From NCBI RefSeq assembly GCF_963921235.1, contig NC_086097.1, positions 161,388,001 to 161,452,000 on the forward strand: DNA of 64,000 nt, in the 5' to 3' direction. Origin of the DNA: Mobula hypostoma (Eukaryota). Below are positions 51,025-63,400 of the stretch, piece after piece. How positions within the stretch are numbered: position 1 is the first letter of the stretch; every line of letters starts with the position of its first letter. The position numbers were made by a program, and so were the translations under genes. The notes under the pieces are model-generated. The model saw nothing but the letters and a program-made list of their open reading frames with translations, had not been told where the DNA came from and did no database searches.

Positions 51025-52158
51025 ACACACACACAATGCTGGAAGAACTCATCGGAACTGGAGGAAAAAAAGATGAATCAGGGTTAGAAAAGGGGAGGGG
51101 AGGAAGAAACACAAGGTGATGGGTGAAACCAGGAGTGTGGGGGGGGGTGAAGTAAAGAGCTGTGAAGTTGATTGGTGAAAGAGGTACAGGGCTGGAGAAG
51201 GGAAAATCTGACAGGAGAGGACAGAAGAAAAAAGAGGAGGGGCAGAGCAGTGATGGGCAAGTGCAAGTAATGCGAGAAGGGGAAAAGCACATCTTTCCCT
51301 CCTCCCCCCCCCCCCCACTTCCTGCTTTTGCAGGGTTCGCTCCCTACGCAACTTCCTTGTTCATTCATCCCTCCTGGCACTTATCCTCGTAAATGGAACA
51401 AATACTGCACCTGCACCTGCCCCTCACTACCATTCAGGGCCCTAAACAGTCCTTTCAGGTGAGGTAACACTTCACCTGAAGTGTGTTGGGGTCATCTACT
51501 GTATCTAGTGCTCCAGTGTGGCCTCCTGTATATCGGTGAGACCTGACGTGGATTGATAGATCATTTCGCCGAGCACCTGCACCTCCTCTACCAGAAAAAG
51601 TGGGATCTACTTCTCATTTCCATACCGACATGTCAGCCTATGGCCTCCTCTACTGTCACTGAGGCCACACTCAGGTTAGAGAAGCAACACATATTCTGTC
51701 TAGGTAGCCTCCAGTCTGATGGCATGAATGTCAATTTCTCGAACTTCCGGTAATGACCACCCCACCCCTCCTTCATCATTTCTCATTCCCATTCCCTCTC
51801 TTACCTTATCTCCTTACCTGCCCTTCATCTCCCTCTGTTGCTCTTCTCTCTTTCTTCCATGGCCTCTGTCCTCTCCTATCAGATGCCCCCTTCTCCAGCC
51901 CTGTATCTTTCACCAATCAACTTCCCAGCTCTTTACTTCACCCCTCACCTATCATCTTGTTTCTTCCTCCCCTCCTCCTCCACCTTCTAACTCTGACTCT
52001 TCATTTTTTTTCTCTCTCTAGTCCTGATGAAGGGTCTCAGCCTGAAACATCAATCATACTCTTTTCCATAGATGCTGCCTGGCCTGCTGAGTTCCTCCAG
52101 TATCTTATGTGTGTGTTGCTTGGATTTCTAGAATCTCCAGATTTTTTCTTCTTTGTGG
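51025..52158 (+). mobile_element. Penelope-like element 3' part (GIY-YIG remnant) with an inverted 5' segment
   Basis: GVIYCI..CGLLYIGET at about 51487-51543. 51025-51285 is an inverted copy of the 3' end. Hammerhead core CTGATGA..GAAAC at 52024-52048. 12-bp TSD TTGTATAAAGTT (51013-51024, 52159-52170). Confidence 0.85.
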
Positions 52159-53144
52159 TTGTATAAAGTTGTGCATACTTTGAACTTGGTTAAAAACTTA
52201 GGGCAATGCATCCTAGTGTGCTTCTATTCCGTCTTGCAGCTTTTACTTTTAACCATAAATTCACTTTACCTGTACTTTGACTCTCATGCAGCTCACTCCA
52301 GTGATAATTGAAACGAGCTTGTTCCCACCCATACAAGTGATCAGTCCTGTATCCATTTTCCAGGCCTGGCCAGATCACCCCTTTCCCCACAATTGCCTTA
52401 TTGTACAGAGATCACATCATTGCTAATTGAGTGAAACAAGCCCATTTTGCAGCATCTTTTCAAGCAATACTCAATTGAGCGGACAGTGTCTGGAAAGAAA
52501 AGTAGTTAATCTTTTATGTTCAGGATCCTTTGTCAAAACTGGCTTCAATGAATCAGTCCTGGAAATAAAACATTCTCGTTTTCCACAGATAACTATTTGT
52601 CCTGCGAGCACTTCCAGTATGTTGAGATTGATTTTTTATTTCCTATGCTGCGGTCCTTTAAGCTGCTGCCTTTATCCATTGAGAAAGGTCCACTTGGTAC
52701 TTTTATATGTAGAGCTACAGAGGCCAGAGCAAACCTTCTGGCCAACCATGTCCAGGCCAATGATGTATCTTTATGTACTAATCCCATTTACCAGCTTTCT
52801 GTCTTGCCAATTCAATATTCATCCAGATTCTAAACTGTGTGCCTCCACCACTCAATTTGGGTAGTCTATTCCAGATTCTAATTTTCCCTGGGGGGGTAGG
52901 GGAAGTCTTGGATCTTCTCTAAACCTCTTCCCTGCCCTATAACTGTCCTCGCTTTTATAGGTAGCTGTGATTTGCTTTCTGGAAATGTTCCTGTTGTATA
53001 CCTTCTCTGCTTATTTTGTATGCCTCCAAGTTCTCCATTCACCAGCACCCTCCCACCCCAAAACCTCTGTTTCCCGTGTTCGAAGGAAACAAACCCAGCC
53101 TTTTGTTTCCCCTTGTGCCAGAATTGGTCCAACAATGTGATGAA

Positions 53145-53247
53145 GCAACACACACAGAATGTTGGAGGAACTCAGCAGGCCAGGCAGCATCTATGGAAAA
53201 AGGTGAACACTCGACATTTCGGGCCGAGACCGTTCATCAGGACTCAT
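53145..53247 (-). mobile_element. Single PLE terminal-repeat arm with a degenerate hammerhead motif
   Basis: Minus strand GAGTC CTGATGA ACGGTCTCGGCCC GAAAT GTC; 9-bp TSD TGTGATGAA (53136-53144, 53248-53256). Confidence 0.75.
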
Positions 53248-54959
53248 TGTGATGAATCTCCTTTGTATCCTTTCTGGTGAATTCACATCCTTTCTGTGGT
53301 GTAGCATCTAGAATTATACACAGAACTGTAGCTATAGCCCAATGAATGTTTTATGCCCCTGTTCTTGGATTCTGTGCTTCAGCTCATGAAGAAAAGTATT
53401 CCGTTTTCCTTCACCCCTTTACCTATCTGTACTGATACATTCGGGAATCATTTACTTATTGCGACCAGCACCATATAGTGGCTTCTACATTGGTGAAACC
53501 AAGCACTGATTAGGTGACTTCTGCATAATGTCTTTAGTCTGCATGGGTGACCCATCATTTTACTTCCCCATCCACAAATACCGAGCACAGCGTGTAAAAA
53601 GCAGGTTGCTTTACATTCACTGAAGTTCTTGAAAATGTTGTCACCACTGCAATACACAAAATTTAAGGAACAAAGCAGATATCATACATTAAACAGTGCT
53701 TTCTAATGTCAAAATATTATATTTTGGCAGTTAACAACATCTGTGGAGAACAGCAATTAATGTTTCTGACTGTTTTATTCCTCTCTTTTTTGGTTGCAAA
53801 AGTAAAAACACTTTAAAGTGCTCCATTGGATGTAACTTAACCTATCTTCTTCATCCACTTGCTCTAAACTTTTTGGTTGCATGTGTATTCTGACGTAAAT
53901 CACTTGACTGTAGAATGTTTTCAGAGCTGAGTATTAGTTGTATTGGTAGTGCTGTAATGGCTTAACTGGTTAGTTGTAAATTGGCAATGAAAGGAGGTGA
54001 ATTCAGCAGTCACTCTTAAAAGTTTGCATTCTTAGAGCTGTCCCATCATTAATATAAAATGGCCAATATTGCTAGTGTGGGTTACTAGAAATAGGTTAAT
54101 GGCCTGAAAAATTGAAAGGAATGAAGTCAGCAAGTGAAAGGTTAATGCAGCTGCATTTACAGACATGGTATTCAGTATTTATCATGACAACTGCTGAACC
54201 TCTAAGGTTACTTTCTAAGCTGCAGTAAGCTTAAAAGCTATCTAGCACAACATTTAAAGCACAAATTAGATAGGATCTTTTGTGTTTAAGGCTGTGGCAT
54301 TCACTTCCAGGAATGGCAATTGAATTAGCATATCTGACGGTTTGTACAAACCTGTGGAGGAGGTGGGAGGAATGGAATATGACAAGTGTTTTTTGACAAT
54401 GTTTTTAGGACAATTTTCTGACTTGGTGGGTAATGTCAGTCACTTGTGTGCTCACTGAATTTTAGTATTATGCTGCCAATTTAAAGTTTTGATGAATAAC
54501 ATGACTAAATGATTGTGGAAAAAGACAATTCTACTGAATCTGCATGAAGTTGCATCTGTATTACCAGTTGGTGTGTGTCAATGTTGGGAGGTATTAGTGT
54601 GACTGTGTCTGAGGAAGTACTGGAGCCTTGGGGCCAAAGCATTTGGGGAGAATTTGTTTTTCCAGTGCTGGATGAGCGGTGAATGGTGAGATTAAGTGAC
54701 CTGCTAGGCATTAAACAGCCTAATATAAGTTTAGAAAATTCTTTCTATAAAGCAGTCTGTAAGAAAGATGCTATAACAATTTGGATGTTGGCTGACTGTC
54801 TAATGCTTCAGTATTTTCTGTTGATATTTGCTGAAAGCTCTGATACTTTGAATTGCTTTTGATTTAGAATTTCTTTCCAGTACTGCATTGGAATGATCCT
54901 TACAGGGAGGTAGTACTATTGAATAGCACATAAGTGCATTTTCAAAGAAAGTATGCAGT

Positions 54960-55620
54960 GCCCCTACTTAGGAGTTTGCAAAGATTTGGCATGACATCCA
55001 AAACTTTAGTAAACTTCTATAGATGTACGGCAGAGAGTATATTGACTGGCTGCATCAACGCTGGTATGGAAACAGCAATGCTCTTGAACAGAAAATCCCT
55101 TTTTAAAGAAAAAAGTAGTGGACACGATCCAGTTCATCATGGGTAAAGCCATCCCCACCATTGACATATAACATTGTCACAGAAAAGCAGTATCCATCAT
55201 CAGGGACCCCACCACCCAGCTCGTGCTTTTTTCTTGCTGCTACCATCAGGAAGATGGTACAGGAGCCTCAGGATTCACACCGCCAGGTTTAAGAACAGTT
55301 ATTACACCATCAGCCATCAGACTCCTGAACCAGAGGGGATAACTTCACTTGCCTCATCATAGGTCTATTCTCACAACCTGTAGGGTCACTTTCAAAGACT
55401 CTTCATGTCATGTTCGCTATTTATTTATTGTTATTGTTTCCTTTTTCTTTTTGTATTTGTACAGAGTGTTGTCTTTTGCTCACTGGTTGTCAATGCTGTT
55501 GATGTGGTCTTTCATTAATTCTACTATGTTTATTGGATTTCTTGACTATGCCTACAAGATGATGAATCTCAGGGTTGTATTTGGTAACGTATATACTGAT
55601 GATAAGTTTACTTTGAACTC
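54960..55620 (+). mobile_element. Rex1/Babar-like LINE 3' fragment
   Basis: LRSLQRFGMTSKTLVNFYRCTAESILTGCI; LLPSGRWYRSLRIHTARFKNSY. Confidence 0.78.
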
Positions 55621-56122
55621 CTTATTACTGAATAAGACTATTGAATGAACATGAGATGATCTCTTGACCCCATTCTACTCATGATCTTGTACTTTTGTCT
55701 ACCTGCACTTTTTCTGTAGATGCTGCTCTTTATTCTGCATTGTTATTGTTTTACATTACACTACCTCAGTGCATTGTGTAAATGATAGAATCTGTATGAA
55801 CCATATGCAAGACAAACTTTTCACTGTAACTCCGATTCCAATAACACTTTGCACACATTTGCTGGAGTACAAATTAGGCAATGAAAATGTCCAGTCTTTG
55901 GTCAAGTCTGCTGCTTTATATTTTACTTTGAAGTTGTAATCAAATTTTCACTTGCTGACATTGAGTTATAATTTGTGAAACTTATGCTAACTTAATATTT
56001 GAGATCTAGTACTTCCAGTTTTTCTAATGCGCCATTAAAGAATTTTTAGATCATGCGCAACATTGCCAAGTAACTTCTAGCTACACTAAATGGCTCTAAG
56101 ATTTATCTCTTTCTTGTTTCAG

Positions 56123-56204
56123 AACGGTCGCTCGATGGGGAGCAACAGAGAACTACCTCTTTGCATCACTGCCTCATCTCTACACTGCAGAAACTCCTCT
56201 ATAA
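56123..56204 (+). CDS. Putative non-AUG uORF, part 2: TVARWGATENYLFASLPHLYTAETPL*
   Basis: Continues the exon-1 frame (AG|A = Arg) to TAA at 56202-56204. Confidence 0.45.
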
Positions 56205-56416
56205 TGAAACTAGTATTAACTGAATGGCAATTAATATGGATTTTTAATAGACAGTAAACAAGCCATAATCCAAAGCTTCTACCAAAAAGTCTTCATCTGG
56301 TGTATGGTTTTAAGAATATTTTTGAAGGAAATGGTGGAAGAGAAGTATTAAACCTACAACTGAAGCACACGGAAACGGCAGGAAGCAAGTTTTTTCAAAA
56401 AGCAAATTTATTTTTT
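56123..56416 (+). other. slc45a4: 5'UTR portion of the slc45a4 first coding exon
   Basis: Strong acceptor TCTCTTTCTTGTTTCAG| (AG 56121-56122) upstream of the start ATG. Confidence 0.7.
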
Positions 56417-56648
56417 ATGGCAGCAATGGCACCACAGAATGATGATACAGGACCTATACAAGCACAAGAATTGCTCACAAAGTTGAAAAAGAAGGAGGTC
56501 GAGGAGAATGGTGATGAAACAGTTAGTGAGGGATCCATTGACCATATTCCTGTCAAATTGTGGGTCATGCATGGTGCAGTGATGTTTGGCAGGGAGTTCT
56601 GTTATGCAATGGAAACTGCCTTGGTAACACCAGTATTGTTGCAGATAG
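56417..56648 (+). CDS. slc45a4: Solute carrier family 45 member 4, first coding exon (MFS-type; reported polyamine transporter, earlier described as a sugar/H+ symporter)
   Basis: MAAMAPQN...[45 protein letters not shown] matches the vertebrate SLC45A4 N-terminus as I recall it. Donor G|GTGAGT at 56649 (phase 1). Later exons are outside the window. Confidence 0.95.
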
Positions 56649-57498
56649 GTGAGTGCTAAAAATCTAGTCAAGATTACAATATTTTTGAAATGGCTCTTAT
56701 TTCACACAACAACTACACAAAATATTACGATGAGTCTGACATAATCTCATTGAGTTTATGCATGTGCTTGCTATCCTGTACAAACGTACAATTGGATGAC
56801 TGATTTAATAGTGCATTAAGTACTTGCAACCTCACTGCGGCAAATAAACACCTGGGGCGGAAAAGAATGTAACCATGTTTGAACTTGGTGATAATGCCAA
56901 GGTTTTAGATGGCAGGTGAAAATGCTATCTATTCTATTCTACTGTTAGAAAGTTTGCAGTATTATACTTTTTTCTATCATTGTATCTAAACATTGGATTT
57001 GCACTTCAGAAAATCTGATGCTTTTTAATCAGCTTTAAACACTGAATTTACCAATTTGAGAAATTCTGCATGTTCTTGCAGCTTGTGAATTGTATTAATA
57101 ATGTACATTATTCCAAAGTATTTTCATATAATTGGTCGGCAGATATGCAGAAGGTTGATCTAAGTGTATTAAACCTATTTTTTTCATTTAAGGACTTGCT
57201 ATTTGAGAGTTGGTACTGCTGGGCATGCTTCTGATATTTTTATTGCTAACCAACACTTTGAATAGATTTAAATAGAGTGATGGCTGCATTTTCCATAGAA
57301 ACCTATTAAATCTGATCTTTCTATCTACGGAAGAAATCTAATGGAATATTTGACATGCTTGATTTTTGACAACATTTGGTAAGCTAATATTTCAGATATT
57401 TATTGAGTATGAGAAATGCAGGACTACACAAGGAGAGCAAAGAATATAAGATAGTATTAGCAGATAAGGTAAAAGAGAATTCCAAGAGATTCTAAGTA

Positions 57499-58730
57499 CA
57501 CTCAAACCCCACATAACACTACCCCACATAGCACGGATTCGTTACAACGCTGTTATTCAATTCTTCATTGAAATTTTTTTAAATGAAAAAAAAATTATTC
57601 TAAACAACATTTAAAACTTCTCAAGAACCGCCACCATTACGGTAATTATTCAACCAGCCAATGAGAGTGCTTTACATACACTGTGAGCCACTCATAGCCA
57701 ATCACATACAACCCCTGAGTGTGTAAACGCTCTTGCTCCCTTGCCAATTTCTTCCATTTCTTTTCAACCATAATGGCCAACAACTTCCAGTGAGGGTAGT
57801 ACATCTAAGGTGGTTTGGAAAAGCATTAGCATGGGTGTGAAACTGCAAGTGATACGACAGTTGGAAGCTGGTGAGCATCAGATTGATGATAGCGCCTCTT
57901 TGAAATTGGCTACATCAATAATCAGATCAAATATAAAAAATGCAGACAAGATAAAAGCTCCTGCAACAACTACCTCAAAGTTATCATCAACAGAGGTGAA
58001 TCGTTCAAGGAGTCATTTGCTTGAGAAAAGGAAAATAGATTAAATGTATGGGTGGATGACCAAACACAATGAAACATGTCCCTAAGCCAGCTGATAATAA
58101 TGGAAAAGGCAAGATAAGTCTTCAATCATATTCAAGAAAAAGAAGATACATCAGTAACATTTGTAACCAGCATTCATAACTATCGGGTTTGATAGATTTA
58201 AACAGCGCAATAACCTCTAAAGCAGAGGTATCTCTAGTGAAGAGGAAACCCCAGCAAGAAACCTCAAGTCAATATTCCTCAGCACTAGCATCACCATGAT
58301 CACACAACTCATGGACCAGTTCATCAATAATAACCCTGATTGGGAATGAAGCAATAAGGATAGAGGTATCCGCAACATGATTTCCTACTACCAACAATTC
58401 GTTCATGAGAGGAAACTTAAGAAAGGCAGTCAAATCTCAACGCCTGCTTGAAGAAGAAGCCGAAGTTAGAGGAGGACCCACAGCCTAGTCCCTCTAGATG
58501 TAACCATGACAAGTTTCCTTCCATTGCTGCTGTGATGTGTTGCTGCTCCACTGATGTACAGGTTAGGCCTATTTGCATGTTTGTTACTCCATGAATTACT
58601 GTGTATACATAAATCTCAGGTTTGTTTTTTGATATCAGGCACACATGTCCATTTATGTAATGCTATAATGACCCCACATAGCGCTCCACCTCCGAGGAAT
58701 GCATCCTCAGCGTTAAGTAGGGTCTGAGTG
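57499..58730 (+). mobile_element. Tigger/pogo-family DNA transposon, internally deleted
   Basis: TIRs CACTCAAACCCCACATAAC and GTTAAGTAGGGTCTGAGTG, with TA on the left. ORF 57810..58043 resembles the CENP-B/TIGD N-terminal HTH (KSISMGVKLQVIRQLEAGE..KNADKIK). No DDE domain seen. Confidence 0.8.
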
Positions 58731-59613
58731 TGTATCAAGAGCCAAGAGGGTAACCAGGCACGTTATTGGATCCTTTAAGGATCAATGTGATCATCCATTT
58801 GTGGAGCCATGGAAGATGTGCATGGTCTTGTATGAATACTTCTTGCCAGTGTTTACCATGGAGAAAATTGTGGAAACAAGCAGTTTCAGGGAAGAGAATA
58901 GTGATATCCTGAAACTTGTATACATTACAAAAGTGGTGCTGGCAGTCTTAGAGCACAAGTTAAATCCTGGTTAAATCCCAGGAGCTTGACCAAGTATATC
59001 TTAGCACGTTGTGGGAAGTTGGGCAAAAAATTGCAGGGACGTGGCAGAAAGTCTTTTCATTTTTCTTGGCCATGCGTGAATACCAGAAGATTGAAAGGTG
59101 GTTAATATTGTTCCTCTCTTTAAAGGTCTGCAAGGATAAACCAAGGAACTAAAGCCAATGACGCTAATGCCAATGGTGGGAAAGTTACTGGAAGGGTTTC
59201 TGAGAATCTGGATCTATTTGCATTTGGAAATGAAGGTCTAAATGGGGATAGTCAACGTGGCTTTGTGTGTGGGCAATCACGTCTCACGAATTTGAGTTAT
59301 TTGAAAAGGTGATCAAAAGGATTGACAGGAGCCAATGGTAGATGTTATCTACGTGACTTCTCCAAAGTGTTTGACAAGGTCCCACATAGTAGGCTGATCC
59401 AGAAGGATGAGCTAACCAAATAGATTTAAAAAAAATAGTTTAGTGATAGGGGAAAGAGGATGATAATTGAGGGGTGTTTCTTTTCCTGATTGGTGGCCTG
59501 TGTCCATTGGTAGGTAGATAATTTTGCAAATGATACCAAAATTAGTGGTATAGTATGCAGTAAGGGTTATGTAATAACTTAAATGAACTGGGGAAGTGGA
59601 CCAAGAATTGACA

Positions 59614-59842
59614 AGCAACAGACATCAAAGTTGCTGGTGAACGCAGCAGGGCTGGCAGCATCTCTAGGAAGAGGTACAGTCGACATTTCGGGCCAAGACC
59701 CTTTGTCAGGACGAACGAAGGGTCTCGGCCCGAAACGTCGACTGTACCTCTTCCTGGAGATGCTGCCTGGCCTGCTGCGTTCACCAGCAACTTTGATGTG
59801 TGTTTCTTGAATTTCCAGCATCTGCAGAATTCCTCGTGTTTA
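59614..59842. mobile_element. Fold-back insertion of PLE terminal repeats
   Basis: Inverted arms meet at two partial hammerhead motifs; TSD CAAGAATTGACA (59602-59613) and CAAGAAATGACA (59843-59854). Confidence 0.87.
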
Positions 59843-60496
59843 CAAGAAATGACAGATGGAATTTAACTTGGATAAGTGTGACGTGTTGCATTTGAGATGT
59901 TAAACTAGGGCAGAACTTGAACAGTAAATAGCAAGCCCTGGGGTGTGTCCTAGAGCAGAGACGCCTAGGAGTACAGGTACCCGGTTTCCTGAAAATGGTG
60001 ACACAAGGTGATGGTGTTTATCACACTGGCCTTCATCAATTAGGGTACTGTCTGCAGGAGCTGAGATGTCAGGTTACAGTTGTCCAAGATGGTGAGAGTG
60101 TACTTGAGTATTGTGTACTGGTCTTGTTGCCGTACTATTTCGTTAAGCTGGAAAGGGCGTGGAAAAGATTCATATGGATGTTAGAGAGGAAGGATAGGCT
60201 GGGGCTGACCTTGTAGATGTGTATAAAATCATGAGGGGCATAAATGGTGTGGATGATCAGTATTTTTCCCAGGATTAAGGAGTCTAAAACTAAAGGACAT
60301 AGGTTTAAGCCGAGAAGGGAAAGATTTAAAGGGGATCTGAGGGATAGGCTTTTCCTCACAGTGGAGTGGATTTTTTCACACACATGGAATGAGCTGCCAG
60401 AAGTGGTAGAGGTGGGTACAATTATAATGTTTTGAAGATGTAATAGACATGATCATGAAGAGGAAATGCTTGAATGGATATTGTCCAATATACATT

Positions 60497-63400
60497 ATTG
60501 AAGTACTGGTTGCGTCCTTTTTCCCGGTATCTTTTGTATGTTCTGTTTCCTCTCCGGGTTTGTGGGTCGCGCCTATCGTCAATCCTCCTTGTTGTGGGTT
60601 GACTTTAGGATTTATGGAGTCTATTATTAATTTTGTCTCCTGGAATACTAACGGTCTTAATCATCCTATTAAAAGGAAAAAAGTTTTTAAAGTGTTCCGG
60701 AGACTTAAAGCACAAATTTTATTTTTACAAGAGACCCATGTACGGAGGGGGGACAGACTACGTTTTTTCAAATTCTGGAAGGGACAACAATTTCATTCGA
60801 ACTCCAATGCTAAGATTCGAGGCGTCTCTATTTTTATAGATTCCTCAGTTACTTTTATACAACAGGATATTATTTCTGATCCGAATGGTAGATTTTTATT
60901 GGTTAGTGGTTTACTATTTAATAAAAAAGTAGTTTTGGTTAATGTTTATGCTCCTAATATGGATTGTCCAGAATTTTATAAATCATTGTTTGATCAGTTT
61001 CCGAATTTGAACGAGTTTTCATTGATCTGGGGCGGAGATCTTAATACTTGTTTGTCTCCAGCTTTGGACCGTTCGGCTCCTTTACGGACTTTACCTAATA
61101 AATCTGCAAATTTGATTAATTTTTTCCTTTCTGATTCTGGGTCGATGGACATTTGGCGTTTTCTGCATCCTCAGGAAAAAGATTTTTCCTTCTTTTCACA
61201 TGTTCATCATTCCTATTCAAGAATTGATTATTTTTTCATTGATTCTCGTCTTATTCCTTCAGTGATTAAATGTGATTATGATTCTATAACCATTTCGGAT
61301 CATGCTCCACTTAAGCTTTCTATTAAAATTATGGCCAGTATACCAAATAATAGACAATGGCGTTTTAATTCGCTGTTGCTTCAGGACTCGGACTTTGTTA
61401 ATTTTATGAATGAACAGATTGAGCTTTTTTTTTACAATTAACCATACAGAAGATATTTCGGTTAACACTCTTTGGGACACTTTTAAAGCCTATATTCGGG
61501 GTCAGATTATTTCGTATTCTGCTGCTTTGAGGAAGAAACAGAAGCAGGAGGAGATGGCAATTGTGGACAAGATTAAAGAAATTGATAAGAAATATGTTAT
61601 GGCTCCTTCTGAGGAGTTATACAAACAAAGAACTGAACTTCAAATGGAACACAGTTTACTACTCTCGTCCTCGATTGTAAACCAATTAAAGAAAACAAGA
61701 AGTGACTTTTATGTTCACAGTGACAAAATTGGCAAGCTGTTGGCTAATCAATTGAAATCTAATTATGTTAAATCTCAAATCAATCAGATTTATAACCAAA
61801 ATGATCGATTGATACTGGATCATGTGGGGATCAATCAAACCTTTTGTGATTTTTATTCTTCTTTATATCAATCAGAGTCTCCTCGAGATTCTAAATATAT
61901 GAATGATTTTTTAGATAAGTTAGACTTCCCTCAGATTTCACAGGATATGTCTTCTTTATTAGATACTTCCATTACAATGGATGAGATTAAGAATGTTATT
62001 TTTTCTATGAATCTGGGGAAAGCTCCTGGCCCGGATGGGTTTACCGTTGAATTTTATAAATGTTTTGCTTCTTTATTGATTCCTTGGCTCTGTAGGGTTT
62101 TTGAGGCTTCTTTGAAACTTGGTAAACTTCCTGAATCTTTTAATAGAGCATCTATTTCTCTAATACTAAAGAAGGATAAAGACCCTGCTCAATGTGCATC
62201 TTATAGACCAATATCTTTATTAAATGTTGATTCTAAAGTTTTTTCTAAGTTATTAGCAAATAGACTAGAAAAAGTACTTCCTTCTATTATTTCGGAAGAC
62301 CAAACGGGTTTTATTAAAGGTCGTTACTCTTTTTATAATATTCGTACATTGTTAAATATCGTTTATACTCCCTCACAAAATGTTCCTGAGTGTGTTATTT
62401 CTTTAGATGCCGAGAAAGCTTTTGATAGAGTAGAATGGCCTTATTTATTTAAGGTGCTTGAAATGTTTAATTTTAGCTTGAAATTTATATCCTGGATTAA
62501 ACTGTTATATCATTCCCCTGTAGCCTCGGTTCGTACTAACTCTTTAAACTCACCTTTTTTTCCTCTCTTTCGAGGTACTCGACAAGGCTGTCCTCTTAGT
62601 CCCCTATTATTTGATATTGCATTAGAACCTCTTGCAATTGCTATTCGAGAATCTTCAAATATTACTGGGATAACTCAGGGGATTAAAGTCCCATAAATTA
62701 TCACTCTATGCTGATGATTTACTTTTATATATTTCTAATCCTGAGAAATCCATTCCTGCTGTTTTAGAGTTATTAGCACAATTTGGTCTTTTCTCAGGTT
62801 ATAAATTAAATCTTAGTAAGAGTGAACTTTTTCCGATTAATAAACATCTTCCCTTATATTATAAATTTCCATTTAAATTGATTAATAATTATTTTTCATA
62901 TCTTGGGATTAAAATTACTTGTAAATACAAAGATTTATTTAAGATTAACTTTTTACCATTAATAGACCATATTACTCAACTTTCATCTAAATGGTTTCCC
63001 TTATATTTAACTTTGATTGGTCGTATTAATGCAGTTAAGATGTTTTTTTTGCCAAAATTTTTATGTGTTTCAGGCATTACCAATTTTCGTTCCAAAATCT
63101 TTCTTTGATAAAGTTGACTCTAAAATTTCTTCATTTATTTGGCAGAATAAGAATCCGAGACTGGGTAAAATACATTTACAGAAAGCTAAGAGAGATGGAG
63201 GTTTAGCATTACCTAACTTTAGATTCTATTATTGGGCTATTAATATTCGACATATGAAATTTTGGTTACTTGACCAGGATATACTATCTATTCCTAAATG
63301 GGTAGCATTGGAATTACAATCTGTTCAGGGTTATACACTTGGCTCTATTTTAGGCTCCTCTCTCCCTTTTGATTCGAAACGCCTTAAGCAGGTCTCTAAC

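Larger units (their letters stand above)
57400..60480 (+). mobile_element. Old decayed CR1 ORF2 hosting the Tigger and PLE fold-back insertions
   Basis: Remnants of KENPKRFYKYIKSKR, DFSKVFDKVPH and RERFKGDLR. Confidence 0.75.

Noticed and set aside
56300..56416. N-terminal extension of SLC45A4 from the ORF-track GTG at 56300
   Set aside because: No resemblance to SLC45A4 before MAAMAPQN. The ORF track also reads past the splice donor at 56649, so its C-terminal EC* is intronic.
56759..57072. TGCATG (RBFOX-type) motifs downstream of the coding exon
   Set aside because: Only two hexamers; compatible with chance without conservation data.
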